NCBI GenBank assembly: GCA_035291465.1
Contig: DATDRZ010000001.1
Span: 7,616 to 71,615, forward strand
Direction: 5' to 3'
From: Anaerolineales bacterium
Lineage (GTDB): Bacteria > Chloroflexota > Anaerolineae > Anaerolineales > UBA11579
DNA length: 64,000 bases
In this document: piece after piece, positions 48,060 through 59,107 of the stretch
Position numbering within the stretch: the first letter of the stretch is position 1
Layout of the letters: each line of letters starts with the position of its first letter
The notes under the pieces: generated by a model
The model's input: the letters and a program-made list of their open reading frames with translations, nothing else
Told to the model about the DNA's origin: nothing
Database searches by the model: none
Translations under genes and position numbers: made by a program

Positions 48060-48893
48060 ATGTTGCAGCAGCGGGTTCTATTCACCGTAGTGGCGCTGCC
48101 TTTAGGCATAGCCGCCGTCATGGCTGGGGGGTGGATCTTTGCGCTCGTGGTGGCGGCCATCCTGGCCCGCGCCGCATGGGAATACGCCGCTCTTTTTCGC
48201 TCCGGCGGTGGACAACCCTCCGCGCTGATGCTGCTGGGCGCAGTACTGGCTATTTTTGTGGCTCGCCTTTATTCGGGATTCGTACATGATAGTTGGCTGC
48301 TTTCGGTGATCGTCGCGATTACCTTGACCATTCACCTGCTGCAATTCGAACGCGGCCGCGATGGCGCCGCATCAGACTTTGCCGCAACTCTCAGCGGCAT
48401 TTTTTATATCGGCTTGCTGGGCAGTTATCTTTTGCTGGTGCGCCTCATTCCTCAACATGGTGAATGGTGGTTTATGCTCACACTTTTCGCCGTCATGCTG
48501 GCCGATACATCGGCGTATTTCATCGGCAGCGCGTTCGGCAAGCATCGCATGACGCCGCGCCTCAGTCCCAAGAAGAGTTGGGAGGGCTACATCGGCGGGG
48601 TCATCCTCACCACCTTGGGTATGCCGTTGTTTCTTTTGCTGTTTCGTTTTTTCGGTCTGCCGGACATGCCCGCGTTCTCCGTGGTAAATGCGGGCATATT
48701 GGGTCTCGTAATTGGCGTCGTACCAACGTTAGGCGACCTGGGTATCAGTATGATCAAGCGCGAGATGCAACAAAAAGATACCAGTGATATTCTGCCGGGG
48801 CACGGCGGCGTTCTGGACCGCATCGATTCGTGGCTCTGGGCTATGCCGATTGGTTACTACCTAATTCTTTTAGTATTCCTCAATTCCAAATAA
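48060..48893 (+). CDS. cdsA: phosphatidate cytidylyltransferase
   Basis: Polytopic membrane protein. [12 protein letters not shown] and the C-terminal [11 protein letters not shown] signature. Confidence 0.85.
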   Translation: MLQQRVLFTVVALPLGIAAVMAGGWIFALVVAAILARAAWEYAALFRSGGGQPSALMLLGAVLAIFVARLYSGFVHDSWLLSVIVAITLTIHLLQFERGRDGAASDFAATLSGIFYIGLLGSYLLLVRLIPQHGEWWFMLTLFAVMLADTSAYFIGSAFGKHRMTPRLSPKKSWEGYIGGVILTTLGMPLFLLLFRFFGLPDMPAFSVVNAGILGLVIGVVPTLGDLGISMIKREMQQKDTSDILPGHGGVLDRIDSWLWAMPIGYYLILLVFLNSK

Positions 48894-48905
48894 GGAGCGA
48901 ACACA

Positions 48906-49892
48906 ATGTTGGATCGTACCCCTTCTCGCAATCTTGCCATGGAGTTGGTACGGGTCACCGAAGCCGCCGCGCTTTCCGCGGCGCGCTTCATGGGACGTGG
49001 GGATAAAAAAGCCGGCGACCAGGCCGCGGTAGATGGAATGCGCCTGGTTCTGAACACAGTCGAAATGGACGGCATTATTGTCATCGGGGAAGGCGAAAAA
49101 GATGACGCGCCAATGCTCTACAATGGCGAAACGCTGGGGACTGGCGACCCTCCACAAGTCGACATCGCTGTAGATCCTATCGACGGCACGCGTCCGCTTG
49201 CTGAGGGTCGCGTGAACTCGATCTCGACTGTAGCTCTGGCTCCCCGCGGCACCATGTTCGACCCGGGCCCATTCGTGTATATGAATAAGATCGCGGTAGG
49301 TCCCGCGGCTAAGGGCGCCATCAACATAGAAGCTTCGGTCGAAGAAAATCTTCGCGAAATTGCCAAAGCATCCGGCAAACGGATACAAGATTTAGCGGTT
49401 GTCATGCTAGAGCGTCCCCGCCATGAGGAATTAAAAGCTGAAGTTCGCCGCTGCGGTGCGCGCCTGCGCATGATCGATGACGGCGACGTGGCCGGCGCGT
49501 TGATGAGCGCCTGGCCCGATTCGGGCATCGATGTGCTTATGGGCATCGGCGGTACGCCGGAAGGAGTCATTGCCGCCTGCGCCCTGCGTGCCATGGGCGG
49601 CGAGATCCAGGGCAAACTGTTTGCGCGCAATGACGATGAGTTGGCGCGCGGCAAGGTCATGGGCTACGACTTCGAAAAAGTCCTCACCATGGACGACCTT
49701 GTGGCTTCGGAAGACGTATTCTTTGCTGCCACAGGCATCACCGACGGTGAACTGCTGGATGGTGTCAAGTATTTTCCAAAAGGAGCACGCACCCACAGCC
49801 TAGTGGTGCGCGGTGTAACAGGCACCGTGCGCGAGGTGATCGCCACGCACACATTTGGAAAACTCGAGGAAATCAGCCTTCTCGAATATTGA
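48906..49892 (+). CDS. glpX: class II fructose-1,6-bisphosphatase
   Basis: [42 protein letters not shown]...VAVDPIDGT...GIGGTPEGV. Confidence 0.9.
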   Translation: MLDRTPSRNLAMELVRVTEAAALSAARFMGRGDKKAGDQAAVDGMRLVLNTVEMDGIIVIGEGEKDDAPMLYNGETLGTGDPPQVDIAVDPIDGTRPLAEGRVNSISTVALAPRGTMFDPGPFVYMNKIAVGPAAKGAINIEASVEENLREIAKASGKRIQDLAVVMLERPRHEELKAEVRRCGARLRMIDDGDVAGALMSAWPDSGIDVLMGIGGTPEGVIAACALRAMGGEIQGKLFARNDDELARGKVMGYDFEKVLTMDDLVASEDVFFAATGITDGELLDGVKYFPKGARTHSLVVRGVTGTVREVIATHTFGKLEEISLLEY

Positions 49893-50029
49893 CTACCAGC
49901 TACCTGACTACCTGAACATTGAACTAAAGTATGGTATAGTTTCGCCACAATTAAATAAGACCCGATGGAGTTTGACTTACTGTTTCCGTTGGAAATAGTA
50001 AACAAACTCCCGCGTTCCCGAAGGGAACG

Positions 50030-50130
50030 CATTCATCCAGAGAGGCGGAGGGACCGGCCCTGTGAAGCCTCGGCAACCGCCGCGAAAGCGGAAGGTGCCA
50101 ATTCCGGCAGCTAAGTCTGGAAGATGAAAG
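50030..50130 (+). promoter_or_regulatory. SAM-I (S-box) riboswitch
   Basis: TTCATCCAGAGAGGCGGAGGGACCGGCCCTGTGAAGCCTCGGCAACC...GAAGGTGCCAATTCCGGCAG...GGAAGATGAA matches the S-box core. P1 pairs TTCATC (50032-50037) with GATGAA (50123-50128). Confidence 0.85.
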
Positions 50131-50148
50131 GGTGGTTGAGAAATATCG

Positions 50149-50179
50149 AGACCCTTTCATTCCGCGAAAGGGTCTTTTT
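50149..50179 (+). terminator. riboswitch expression-platform terminator
   Basis: GACCCTTTC (50150-50158) / GAAAGGGTC (50166-50174) followed by TTTTT. ATGAAAGGGT (50124-50133) can instead pair with ACCCTTTCAT (50151-50160) as an antiterminator. Confidence 0.75.
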
Positions 50180-50204
50180 GTTCAATCCTGGAGGTTTGTT
50201 TTCG

Positions 50205-51416
<1,212 letters not shown>

Positions 51417-51420
51417 GAGC

Positions 51421-51450
51421 AACGCCCCGCAATTTTTGCGGGGCGTTTTG
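51421..51450. terminator. rho-independent terminator between metK and trxA
   Basis: AACGCCCCGC (51421-51430) / GCGGGGCGTT (51438-51447) followed by TTG. Confidence 0.75.
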
Positions 51451-51483
51451 TTACGGCTTCTAACTGTCTACTATCATCTGTTT

Positions 51484-51816
51484 TTACGCTGTCTGCACAT
51501 GAGGCATCACCTTACCACTGATGCGGTCCTTGGGCTGATAACCGACCATCCGCTCCAAAACCTCGCCGTTCTTGAAGAGCATCGTCGTAGGCACACTGAG
51601 CACTTGGTAATTCATAGTCAACTGAGTCGCCTCGTCAACATCTAATTTCGCCACCTTCACGCTATCTCCCCATTCTTTGGCCAGTTCCTCGAGTACCGGC
51701 TCCAGGATGCGGCATGGCTGGCACCACACCGCGCCGAACTCCACCAGCACCGGCTTCTCCGATTTCAATACTTCTTTATCAAAGCTCTCGCTATTCACTT
51801 CATGCAGATTACTCAT
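51484..51816 (-). CDS. trxA: thioredoxin
   Basis: 110 aa. VLVEFGAVWCQPCRIL (a WCxPC active site). Confidence 0.9.
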   Translation of the reverse strand: MSNLHEVNSESFDKEVLKSEKPVLVEFGAVWCQPCRILEPVLEELAKEWGDSVKVAKLDVDEATQLTMNYQVLSVPTTMLFKNGEVLERMVGYQPKDRISGKVMPHVQTA

Positions 51817-52007
51817 CAGGCGACTCCGTTCATTGGCGGGAAACTCATCCTAGCAAGAGCGACCCGTCGTGTCAAGCTTGCTAACGAGCCGATTATTATC
51901 TCGTTATCAGATGCTATAATCGGCGTTCGCTGGAGTTTCGTGGGCGGCGAAGCCGACTAGAAACTCCATTAGCTGCCGATTGCGCGAAGCGCAATCGAAG
52001 CAGCGTC

Positions 52008-52079
52008 GGGCGCGTAGCTCAACGGCAGAGCAGTGGCCTTTTAAGCCATTGGTTGGAGGTTCGAATCCTCCCGCGCTCA
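52008..52079 (+). tRNA. tRNA-Lys (anticodon UUU)
   Basis: The manual cloverleaf is as follows. Acceptor GGGCGCG/CGCGCTC with one G-U pair. D stem GCTC/GAGC. Anticodon stem GTGGC/GCCAT with loop CTTTTAA (TTT at 52040-52042). T arm GGAGG-TTCGAAT-CCTCC. Discriminator A. CCA is not encoded. Confidence 0.9.
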
Positions 52080-52138
52080 TTCATTTTTCCCGTAAATTTG
52101 GTCTTTTCCCTGGTATTTATGGAATTGAATTAAGTGGT

Positions 52139-52409
52139 GGGTGCAATTGGGTGCAATTAAGAGATCCTCGTAAGGGCAGGGGCTTTTTACGCCAAAGGTA
52201 GACGACTGGTCTGAAATTTTTCTAGAACTTTTTGCCCGTAAGATCGGATTATTCCGAGCAATTCCACTGACTGTGGGGTGCAATTATGGTGCAACGGGCG
52301 GGTGCAAGTGCCAATGTAATGAACACCTTTTACAAATGGTTGTTAAGCTGCAGGTTCGAGACTTGACGGGCCAAATGTATGGCGGGTTGGCGAAGGTGCT
52401 AGTGCCAAT
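52139..52409. repeat. array of GGGTGCAATT / GGTGCAA-core direct repeats
   Basis: GGGTGCAATT occurs at 52139-52148, 52149-52158 (tandem) and 52276-52285. GGTGCAA occurs at 52288-52294. GGTGCAAGTGCCAAT (52301-52315) and GGTGCTAGTGCCAAT (52395-52409) are a near-identical pair. Confidence 0.6.
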
Positions 52410-52544
52410 TCTGGTGGGGCTCGACTTTGCGGAAAATGGGTTTTTCTAATAAACCCCAATTTGGGCTGGAAAGAGATTCGCAGTGAGTCTTTGAAGTTGA
52501 TGACTTGTTTAGTCTAGATAATGATGTGGCAGCATGGGGATTTT

Positions 52545-53207
52545 TTACTTCTTACTTTCGAAGGAATGATAGGTTTCCAAGAGTGAAACGAGTACCTGAT
52601 TGGTGAAAGCCTCTATCTTTTTGCCCATTTCTTTCCACGCGGGCGCCGAATGAATAGCTGCTGTTTCGTAAGCAGTAAATAGGGCGTCTTGCAGAGCGGC
52701 GCGAAAAAACAAATAAGCTTGCGTGGCCTCTATCAAGCTCAATCCATGCCGGCGTCCCAAAACCGCGTAGTCGTGGCCTGCTGCATGGGCTTCCGCTTGC
52801 TTCTTCTCATCGTTCGCCACTAGAAAATTCAAGAGGCTGTGAACCAGTTTGCGGCCGCTGCGCCGAAATTCCTCCCGCGCATTTTGATCTATTTTGGCAT
52901 ACCAATTTTCGGTTTCAAGACCCCCCTCGCTAATCTGCAGCCGTGTATGCGCCAAGGCGCTACGTAACAACGAAGAGGAGACTTTTTTAGGGATTCTCTG
53001 CCTCGATTTCGCCCACAGCTCCAATTCTTGTTTGCGAAAGCGCCGATGGCCGCCTCTGGTTCGATGGGAGGGCAGATGGCCCTTATCCGCCCATATGCGA
53101 ATTGTGCTGGGGTGCATTCCCAGCGCTTTTGCCACCTGACTGAGGGTAAGCCATTCGCCCTCTCTCCCTTTGGGCGCGATCAAGAAGCACACTCCTGCCC
53201 CCTGCAA
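52545..53207 (-). CDS. excisionase/MerR-type HTH DNA-binding protein with an unassigned C-terminal domain
   Basis: LTLSQVAKALGMHPSTIRIWADKGHLPSHRTRGGHRRF is an HTH_17-like motif. The ~150-aa helical C-terminal domain is of unknown family. The start is uncertain. Confidence 0.6.
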   Translation of the reverse strand: MQGAGVCFLIAPKGREGEWLTLSQVAKALGMHPSTIRIWADKGHLPSHRTRGGHRRFRKQELELWAKSRQRIPKKVSSSLLRSALAHTRLQISEGGLETENWYAKIDQNAREEFRRSGRKLVHSLLNFLVANDEKKQAEAHAAGHDYAVLGRRHGLSLIEATQAYLFFRAALQDALFTAYETAAIHSAPAWKEMGKKIEAFTNQVLVSLLETYHSFESKK

Positions 53208-53463
53208 TTCAGAAGCATCAGAACAATTCGCGGTTCTTCGATGCCGCTGGATAAGGCGAATTCAGGTTCCAAGTAATCAGGCATCGAGAGTGGTTTAGTT
53301 TCCGAACGCGGGACTTTAGCCAAGTTATTCATGATTCGCAATGTAGGATTGCTTAGGTTTGCCGGGTAAAAGCGGAAATTACATAAAGTTAAGTTTACTC
53401 AAAACGAATCTATTCTTATTATCCGGGCTTGATTACCCTTCTGGAAATGGTTGGTCGCTATTC

Positions 53464-54177
53464 ATGCCCGGACAAACACCTCGTACATTAAATCACTTCG
53501 CCTTTTTTCGATTCCGTCAAACTTACCATCGGCTTGATAATCACCAACGTAAAGAGCTGCATCGCCAGCTGCTCGTGCACTTAGGCCATGCGGCAGGTCA
53601 TCTGGATATTTATCAAATCTATCCGACCTCAGAAGCGGCAGACATTCTGGTATGGACAGCGGTAGAGGCCAGCGACCCTCAATCCCCCCACGATTTTTTT
53701 GCGCGCTTTAGCCAGGCAGTTGCTCCTTTCTTCGATCTGATTGAACCCGTGCATACACTTTGGGGCTTGACTAAGCCCTCCCAATACACCAAGAGTCGTT
53801 CCACCCAGGAAATCGATCCTTTCGCCAAATCTCGCAAGATCTATTTGACAATTTATCCCTTTACCAAAACCAGCGATTGGTACCTAATGAGCCGCGAAGC
53901 CCGTCAGGGCATGATGAACGAGCACATCCGTATAGGAAAAGAATATCCGGAGATTAAGCAGTTGCTCCTTTATTCATTTGGTTTGCAGGACCAGGAATTT
54001 GTGGTGGTTTATGAGACCGATGACCTTGCCCAATTCTCGGACCTGGTCTATGTTCTTCGCGATACGGAAGCACGTCGCTTCACCAAAAGTGATGCTCCAC
54101 TTTTCACTGCTCTTTACCACAAACCGGAAGAAACCCTGGCTTTGTGGGAGCGGCGGGCGGACATCGAGACGGTTTGA
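53464..54177 (+). CDS. chdC: chlorite dismutase-family protein, probable coproheme decarboxylase
   Basis: ATG at 53464 (MPGQTPRTLNHFAFFRF...). KIYLTIYPFTKTSDWYLMSREARQGMMNEHIRIG is typical of HemQ/ChdC. The stop overlaps the ferrochelatase ATG (TGATG). Confidence 0.8.
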   Translation: MPGQTPRTLNHFAFFRFRQTYHRLDNHQRKELHRQLLVHLGHAAGHLDIYQIYPTSEAADILVWTAVEASDPQSPHDFFARFSQAVAPFFDLIEPVHTLWGLTKPSQYTKSRSTQEIDPFAKSRKIYLTIYPFTKTSDWYLMSREARQGMMNEHIRIGKEYPEIKQLLLYSFGLQDQEFVVVYETDDLAQFSDLVYVLRDTEARRFTKSDAPLFTALYHKPEETLALWERRADIETV

Positions 54178-55127
54178 TGATTCCCGGCAAACCAGAAACC
54201 ATCGGCTTGCTACTTATGGCCTATGGTAGCCCGGAAGACCTCAGCCAAATGGAAGCTTATCTTCTGGATGTGCGTGGAGGCCGCGCGCCATCATCGGGGC
54301 TGATAGAAGAAATTGGCAGACGCTATAAGATGATTGGAGGTAAATCTCCTCTTTTGGAGAGAACCAGCCAGCAGGCAAAGGCGCTGGAAAATGAATTGAA
54401 CAAACGTTTCGCCAACAGCAAGGGCAAAACCTTCAAAGCATTTGTAGGGATGCGCCACTGGCAGCCTCGTATCCACAGTGCAATAAATCAAATGGCTGCG
54501 GCCGATATTCACAAGGCAGTGGCAGTGGTAATGGCTCCGCATAATTCTCGTATGAGCACTGGAAAGTATTATCAAATGCTGGACGAAGCAATGGATGGAC
54601 AAAAAATAGATTTTATACGTATCCAAAGCTGGCATAAGCATCCAACTCTACTTGACGCCATTGCTGAAAAAATGGAGATTAGCTTGGCCAAGTTCGGCGA
54701 CACAGTTCCTTTTGTCGTCTTTACCGCCCACAGCCTGCCCATCCAAATCCTGGAAATGGGCGATCCCTACAACGACCAACTCAATGAAACCGCCCGATTG
54801 CTGGCCGAGCGACTGAAACTGCGGGCTGATCAATGGCAGTTTTGCTACCAGAGTGCGGGTGAAAACACCATTCCGTGGCTCGGACCGCAAATTGAAGAAG
54901 TGGTTGTCGAACTTGCCAAGAAAGGTGAAAAGAACCTACTAGTGGTACCAATTGGATTTGTTTGTGATCATGTGGAAGTGCTTTACGACATTGACATCAG
55001 AGCTCGTCAGATCGCTGAACAACATGGCGCCCGCCTTGAGCGAACCCCATCACTGAACGATTCCCCAACTTTTGTTGCCGCATTGGCTGATGTGGTCCAA
55101 GAGAAATTGTGGCGGGATAAACCATAA
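54177..55127 (+). CDS. hemH: ferrochelatase (coproporphyrin ferrochelatase type by context)
   Basis: IGLLLMAYGSPEDL...YKMIGGKSPL...FTAHSLP...VVPIGFVCDHVEVLYDID. Confidence 0.9.
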   Translation: MIPGKPETIGLLLMAYGSPEDLSQMEAYLLDVRGGRAPSSGLIEEIGRRYKMIGGKSPLLERTSQQAKALENELNKRFANSKGKTFKAFVGMRHWQPRIHSAINQMAAADIHKAVAVVMAPHNSRMSTGKYYQMLDEAMDGQKIDFIRIQSWHKHPTLLDAIAEKMEISLAKFGDTVPFVVFTAHSLPIQILEMGDPYNDQLNETARLLAERLKLRADQWQFCYQSAGENTIPWLGPQIEEVVVELAKKGEKNLLVVPIGFVCDHVEVLYDIDIRARQIAEQHGARLERTPSLNDSPTFVAALADVVQEKLWRDKP

Positions 55128-55132
55128 ATAGC

Positions 55133-56398
55133 ATGAACCTGCTTTGTCTTGGCCTTAGCCATCACACCGCGCCGCTGGCGTTGCGCGAAAAGCTTGCCAT
55201 GGGGGAAACGGCGCTTCAAGTCTTTCTAAACGAACAGCTATCCACAGGCAAGGTAGGCGAGATCGCCGTGCTTTCTACGTGCAACCGGGTGGAAATCTAC
55301 TTTACTTCTTCGCAAAGTGGCTTTGACCAAATGATTGAGGATTTAGCTGCAGCGAACGGTGTAAAGCCGCAAGAGTTAAAAGTCCACAGTTATGGCTTGA
55401 AAAACGATGAAGGGGTGAGACATTTGTTCCGTGTGGCTGCTGGCCTAGACTCGCTGGTGGTAGGAGAAGCGCAAATCCTAGGGCAGGTCGCACAGGCCTA
55501 CGAATTTGCCCGTGCCCACCAAACTGTCGGGCTGCGCCTATCCAAGCTTTTTCAGGCAGCCATCTTCAGCGCCAAACGGGTGCAAAGTGAAACCGCATTA
55601 AGCCGATTGTCTACCTCGGTTCCTTCTCTCGCCGTTAAGTTAGCCAGCCGTCAGGGCAAGCGTTTGGATCAAGCACACATACTGTTGGTCGGGGCCGGGG
55701 AAATGGCCGAGTTGGCGGTGGAAGCCTTTCGCAAACACGGCGTAAAGCGATTTAGCGTAGCAAGCCGCACGCTGCACAGCGCAGAAAAGTTGGCTCGGCG
55801 CTGGAACGGGCGCGCCGGCACACTTGATCAGTTATCCCAATACCTTGCAGATGTCGACGTACTGCTGTGTTCATCTTCATCTCAAGATTTTTTGATTGAT
55901 AAAGAGATGGTTGATCAAGTCATGTCAATCCGCCCGCAAAGGCCGCTGGTGATTCTGGATATTGCGGTCCCCCGCGATGTGCATCCGGATGTAAAGCAGG
56001 TGAAAAACGTCTTTCTCTATGATATGGACGATCTACAACAAGGGGTGGAAGTATTGCAATCCGCGCGCAGCAGAGAGCTTCCTCGGGCGCGGCAAATTGT
56101 GGATGAAGAAGTCCGGGATTTCATTGCTTATTCAATCGACCTGGATGTCATGGTCCCAGTGATTCGCGGTCTGCGTCAGCAAGCCGAAAATATTCGCCAC
56201 GAAGAGTTACAAAAAACTCTGCGGCGCCTTCCCAACCTCACTCCGGAACAACAGGAGCAAATTGGCGCTCTTACGCGTTCCATAGTGAGAAAACTGCTGC
56301 ACAACCCTACCGCACACTTGCGCCAGCGAACCACAGACGAAAATAACGATCGTTATGCGGCTGTCGCTCGCCAGCTTTTTGGATTGGATCAGGAATAA
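55133..56398 (+). CDS. hemA: glutamyl-tRNA reductase
   Basis: LGLSHHTAPLALREKLA...LSTCNRVEIY...GLDSLVVGEAQILGQV...LLVGAGEMAEL. Confidence 0.93.
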   Translation: MNLLCLGLSHHTAPLALREKLAMGETALQVFLNEQLSTGKVGEIAVLSTCNRVEIYFTSSQSGFDQMIEDLAAANGVKPQELKVHSYGLKNDEGVRHLFRVAAGLDSLVVGEAQILGQVAQAYEFARAHQTVGLRLSKLFQAAIFSAKRVQSETALSRLSTSVPSLAVKLASRQGKRLDQAHILLVGAGEMAELAVEAFRKHGVKRFSVASRTLHSAEKLARRWNGRAGTLDQLSQYLADVDVLLCSSSSQDFLIDKEMVDQVMSIRPQRPLVILDIAVPRDVHPDVKQVKNVFLYDMDDLQQGVEVLQSARSRELPRARQIVDEEVRDFIAYSIDLDVMVPVIRGLRQQAENIRHEELQKTLRRLPNLTPEQQEQIGALTRSIVRKLLHNPTAHLRQRTTDENNDRYAAVARQLFGLDQE

Positions 56399-56407
56399 GC
56401 GCCCGGG

Positions 56408-57316
56408 ATGAGAATAAAACTGCGCTTTGCTACCCGCCCCTCAAAATTAGCCCGTTGGCAGACCTCAACGGTTATCCAGACCTTGCGATCCCATTGGCCC
56501 AATTTGCAGTGCGAACAGATTGTTATGAAAACGCGCGGTGATGTTTTGCTCGATCAACCTTTGCCGGAGATCGGTGGGAAAGGTCTGTTTACAGCCGAGT
56601 TGGACAACGCTCTGCGTGCGGGTGAATTTGATGCCGTAGTGCATTCGTTAAAAGATCTTCCAATAGAAGAAAGTCCTGGATTGAAGATTGGGGCCATTCC
56701 TCGCCGCGGCCCGGCCTCCGATGTGCTGCTCAACTCCAAAAGTCTAACCCTTGCTGAATTACCTGATGGGTCCCGGGTGGGCACCTCAAGCTTGCGCCGC
56801 CAGGCGCAGTTGCTTGCCTACCGCTCTGATCTGCAGGTAAAACCGCTGCGCGGCAACGTAGATACTCGCATTCGCAAATTGCTCGCCGGGGAATACGATG
56901 CCATTGTATTGGCTACGGCTGGTGTGACGCGGCTGGAGATGGAGGAGCACGTCGCTGAGGAACTGCCATTTGAAATTATGCTTCCCGCGCCGGGGCAAGG
57001 CGCCTTGGCAGTGCAGTGCCGTAGCGACGATGAGGACGTATTGAACTATTTAGCAGTAATTGACCATGTTGAGACTCGCCGCGCGGTGAGCGCGGAACGT
57101 GCTTTTCTGGATGCGTTGGGCGGCGGCTGTTCTCTGCCAGTGGGAGCTTATGCTTCTGCAGTGGAGGAGCAGATTGAGATGCAAGGCGCCGTAATTTCAC
57201 TCGATGGGCGGCGACAGATTCGAGTCTCTGGGAGGAGTTCTCACCCCATAAATCTGGTGGCAAAGTTGGCAACCGAAGCCCTAGCCCAAGGTGCTGAGGA
57301 AGTGCTCAATGCCTGA
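56408..57316 (+). CDS. hemC: hydroxymethylbilane synthase (porphobilinogen deaminase)
   Basis: RFATRPSKLARWQT...TRGD...GGKGLFTAELDNAL...VHSLKDLP...LRGNVDTRIRKL. Confidence 0.93.
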   Translation: MRIKLRFATRPSKLARWQTSTVIQTLRSHWPNLQCEQIVMKTRGDVLLDQPLPEIGGKGLFTAELDNALRAGEFDAVVHSLKDLPIEESPGLKIGAIPRRGPASDVLLNSKSLTLAELPDGSRVGTSSLRRQAQLLAYRSDLQVKPLRGNVDTRIRKLLAGEYDAIVLATAGVTRLEMEEHVAEELPFEIMLPAPGQGALAVQCRSDDEDVLNYLAVIDHVETRRAVSAERAFLDALGGGCSLPVGAYASAVEEQIEMQGAVISLDGRRQIRVSGRSSHPINLVAKLATEALAQGAEEVLNA

Positions 57317-58085
57317 ACTGAATGGCAAAATGGTGGTTGTGACCAGACCACGCGAAAACTTTCCTGCTTTTGCCAGCTTGCTTGAAGCTCAAGGAGCCAG
57401 CCCGATCCCTTTTCCCACCATTGAAATTAGACCAACCAAGGAAACACAGTTCCTCCAATCCAGTCTAAAGAAACTCCCCAGTTTCGATTGGCTTATTTTG
57501 ACGAGCGCAAATGCGGTTAAGGTACTCAGTAACCATATTACAAGCGATTCGATGGCGCCTTCGCTCAAACTGGCCGCTGTGGGGTCTAAGACGGCCGATG
57601 CCATGCTGCAGCTTGCCTGGAGAGTTGATTTCATCCCCGAGAAATATGCAGCCAAGGCGATCTTGCCTGGATTGGGAACTTTAGCTGGCCAGCGTGTGCT
57701 TTTGGCTCGCGGGGATCTGGCCAGCCCGGACCTGCCCGCTGGCATTCGCGCTTCCGGCGGTCAGGTGACCGACTTGGAAGTTTACCGCACTGTGCCCGCC
57801 TATCCGGCCGTGGAGGGTTTGCGGCAAATTCGTCTCGGGGTGGACACGCTTACTTTTACCAGTTCCTCCACCGTGCACAATTTTGTATCCATGATGCACA
57901 AGGCGAATTTGGACCCGGGCAATCTTCCCGGCTCACCCGTTTACGCCTACATTGGCCCGGTGACGGCCGGCACAGCACGAGACTGCGAATTGCCGATCGA
58001 TATAGTGGCTGACATTCATACCTTGGAAGGTATGGTTGATTCGCTTTGCCGCTTTTACGCTGAAAAGAAGGCCGGAACTAAATGA
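57309..58085 (+). CDS. hemD: uroporphyrinogen-III synthase
   Basis: MPELNGKMVVVTRPREN...DWLILTSANAV...LTFTSSSTV (HEM4 pattern). It overlaps the hemC stop. Confidence 0.85.
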   Translation: MPELNGKMVVVTRPRENFPAFASLLEAQGASPIPFPTIEIRPTKETQFLQSSLKKLPSFDWLILTSANAVKVLSNHITSDSMAPSLKLAAVGSKTADAMLQLAWRVDFIPEKYAAKAILPGLGTLAGQRVLLARGDLASPDLPAGIRASGGQVTDLEVYRTVPAYPAVEGLRQIRLGVDTLTFTSSSTVHNFVSMMHKANLDPGNLPGSPVYAYIGPVTAGTARDCELPIDIVADIHTLEGMVDSLCRFYAEKKAGTK

Positions 58086-59107
58086 CTCCAACCTCTCAAA
58101 TTACTTACCCCCTTGCACGGCCACGACGGTTGCGTCTTACTCCGACCTTGCGCCGCATATTGCGCGAGACGCCCCTTTCCACCGACGATTTTATTTGCCC
58201 CGTCTTTGTTCGGCATGGCAAAAATGTGCAGCAGGAAATTACGTCTATGCCAGGGATATACCAGTGGTCTGCGGATAAGGCCGCAAAAGAGTGCCAGGAG
58301 CTTTTTTCCCTGGGTATTCCAGCAGTGCTCCTGTTCGGCATTCCAAACGAAAAAGACCCAATTGGCTTGGAAAACTTTGCTGACGATGGTGTTGTTCAGC
58401 AAGCCATTAAAACCATAAAAGATTTGGTGCCAGATCTGGTTGTGGTGACCGATGTGTGTCTGTGCGAATACACGGATCACGGCCATTGCGGCATCTTAAA
58501 TCGAACCGAACATAACCATCCTCACTTACCTACCGATTACGTTTTAAATGAACCTACCTTAGAAATTATTTGCAAAGTAGCGCTTTCCCATGCCCGCGCT
58601 GGCGCCGATATTGTGGCCCCGAGTGGCATGATCGACGGTATGGTTGCCGCAATCCGCGCGGCTCTGGACGCAGAGCAATTCGAGCATATTCCGATCCTGT
58701 CTTATGCTGTCAAGTATGCCTCCTCTTTTTACGGCCCGTTTCGAAAGGCGGCCGAATCCCCTCCCAGCTTCGGTGATCGCAAATCCCATCAAATGGACCC
58801 CGCGAACAGACGCGAAGCCCTGCGCGAGGCCGCAATAGACGTAGCCGAGGGGGCAGATATTCTAATGGTCAAACCAGCCCTGCCTTATTTGGATGTGATC
58901 CACGAAGTGCGCCAAGCTTTTCCCGAGCTACCTCTGGCCGCGTACAACGTGAGCGGTGAATACGCCATGCTCAAGGCCGCGGCAGCTAACGGTTGGCTGG
59001 ATGAAGAGCGCGTCATTTTGGAAGCGCTCACCAGCATTAAGCGCGCCGGAGCGGATTTGATAATCAGCTACCACGCAAAAGAAGCGGCTCAGTGGTTGCA
59101 ACAATGA
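58082..59107 (+). CDS. hemB: porphobilinogen synthase (zinc-type)
   Basis: RPRRLR...DVCLCEYTDHGHCG (Cys-rich Zn site)...YAVKYASSFYGPFR...MVKPALPYLD. Confidence 0.95.
   Translation: MTPTSQITYPLARPRRLRLTPTLRRILRETPLSTDDFICPVFVRHGKNVQQEITSMPGIYQWSADKAAKECQELFSLGIPAVLLFGIPNEKDPIGLENFADDGVVQQAIKTIKDLVPDLVVVTDVCLCEYTDHGHCGILNRTEHNHPHLPTDYVLNEPTLEIICKVALSHARAGADIVAPSGMIDGMVAAIRAALDAEQFEHIPILSYAVKYASSFYGPFRKAAESPPSFGDRKSHQMDPANRREALREAAIDVAEGADILMVKPALPYLDVIHEVRQAFPELPLAAYNVSGEYAMLKAAAANGWLDEERVILEALTSIKRAGADLIISYHAKEAAQWLQQ

Noticed and set aside
51980-52283. ORFs 51980..52201(+) and 52077..52283(-) around the tRNA
   Set aside because: They overlap the tRNA-Lys gene and the repeat array, and the translations are implausible.
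52080-53207. Integrated prophage or genomic island at tRNA-Lys
   Set aside because: No integrase, transposase or phage genes are present. No convincing direct repeat of the tRNA 3' end is seen. The heme cluster that follows is core metabolism. Only the repeat array and the HTH gene remain as possible relics, and these are reported separately.
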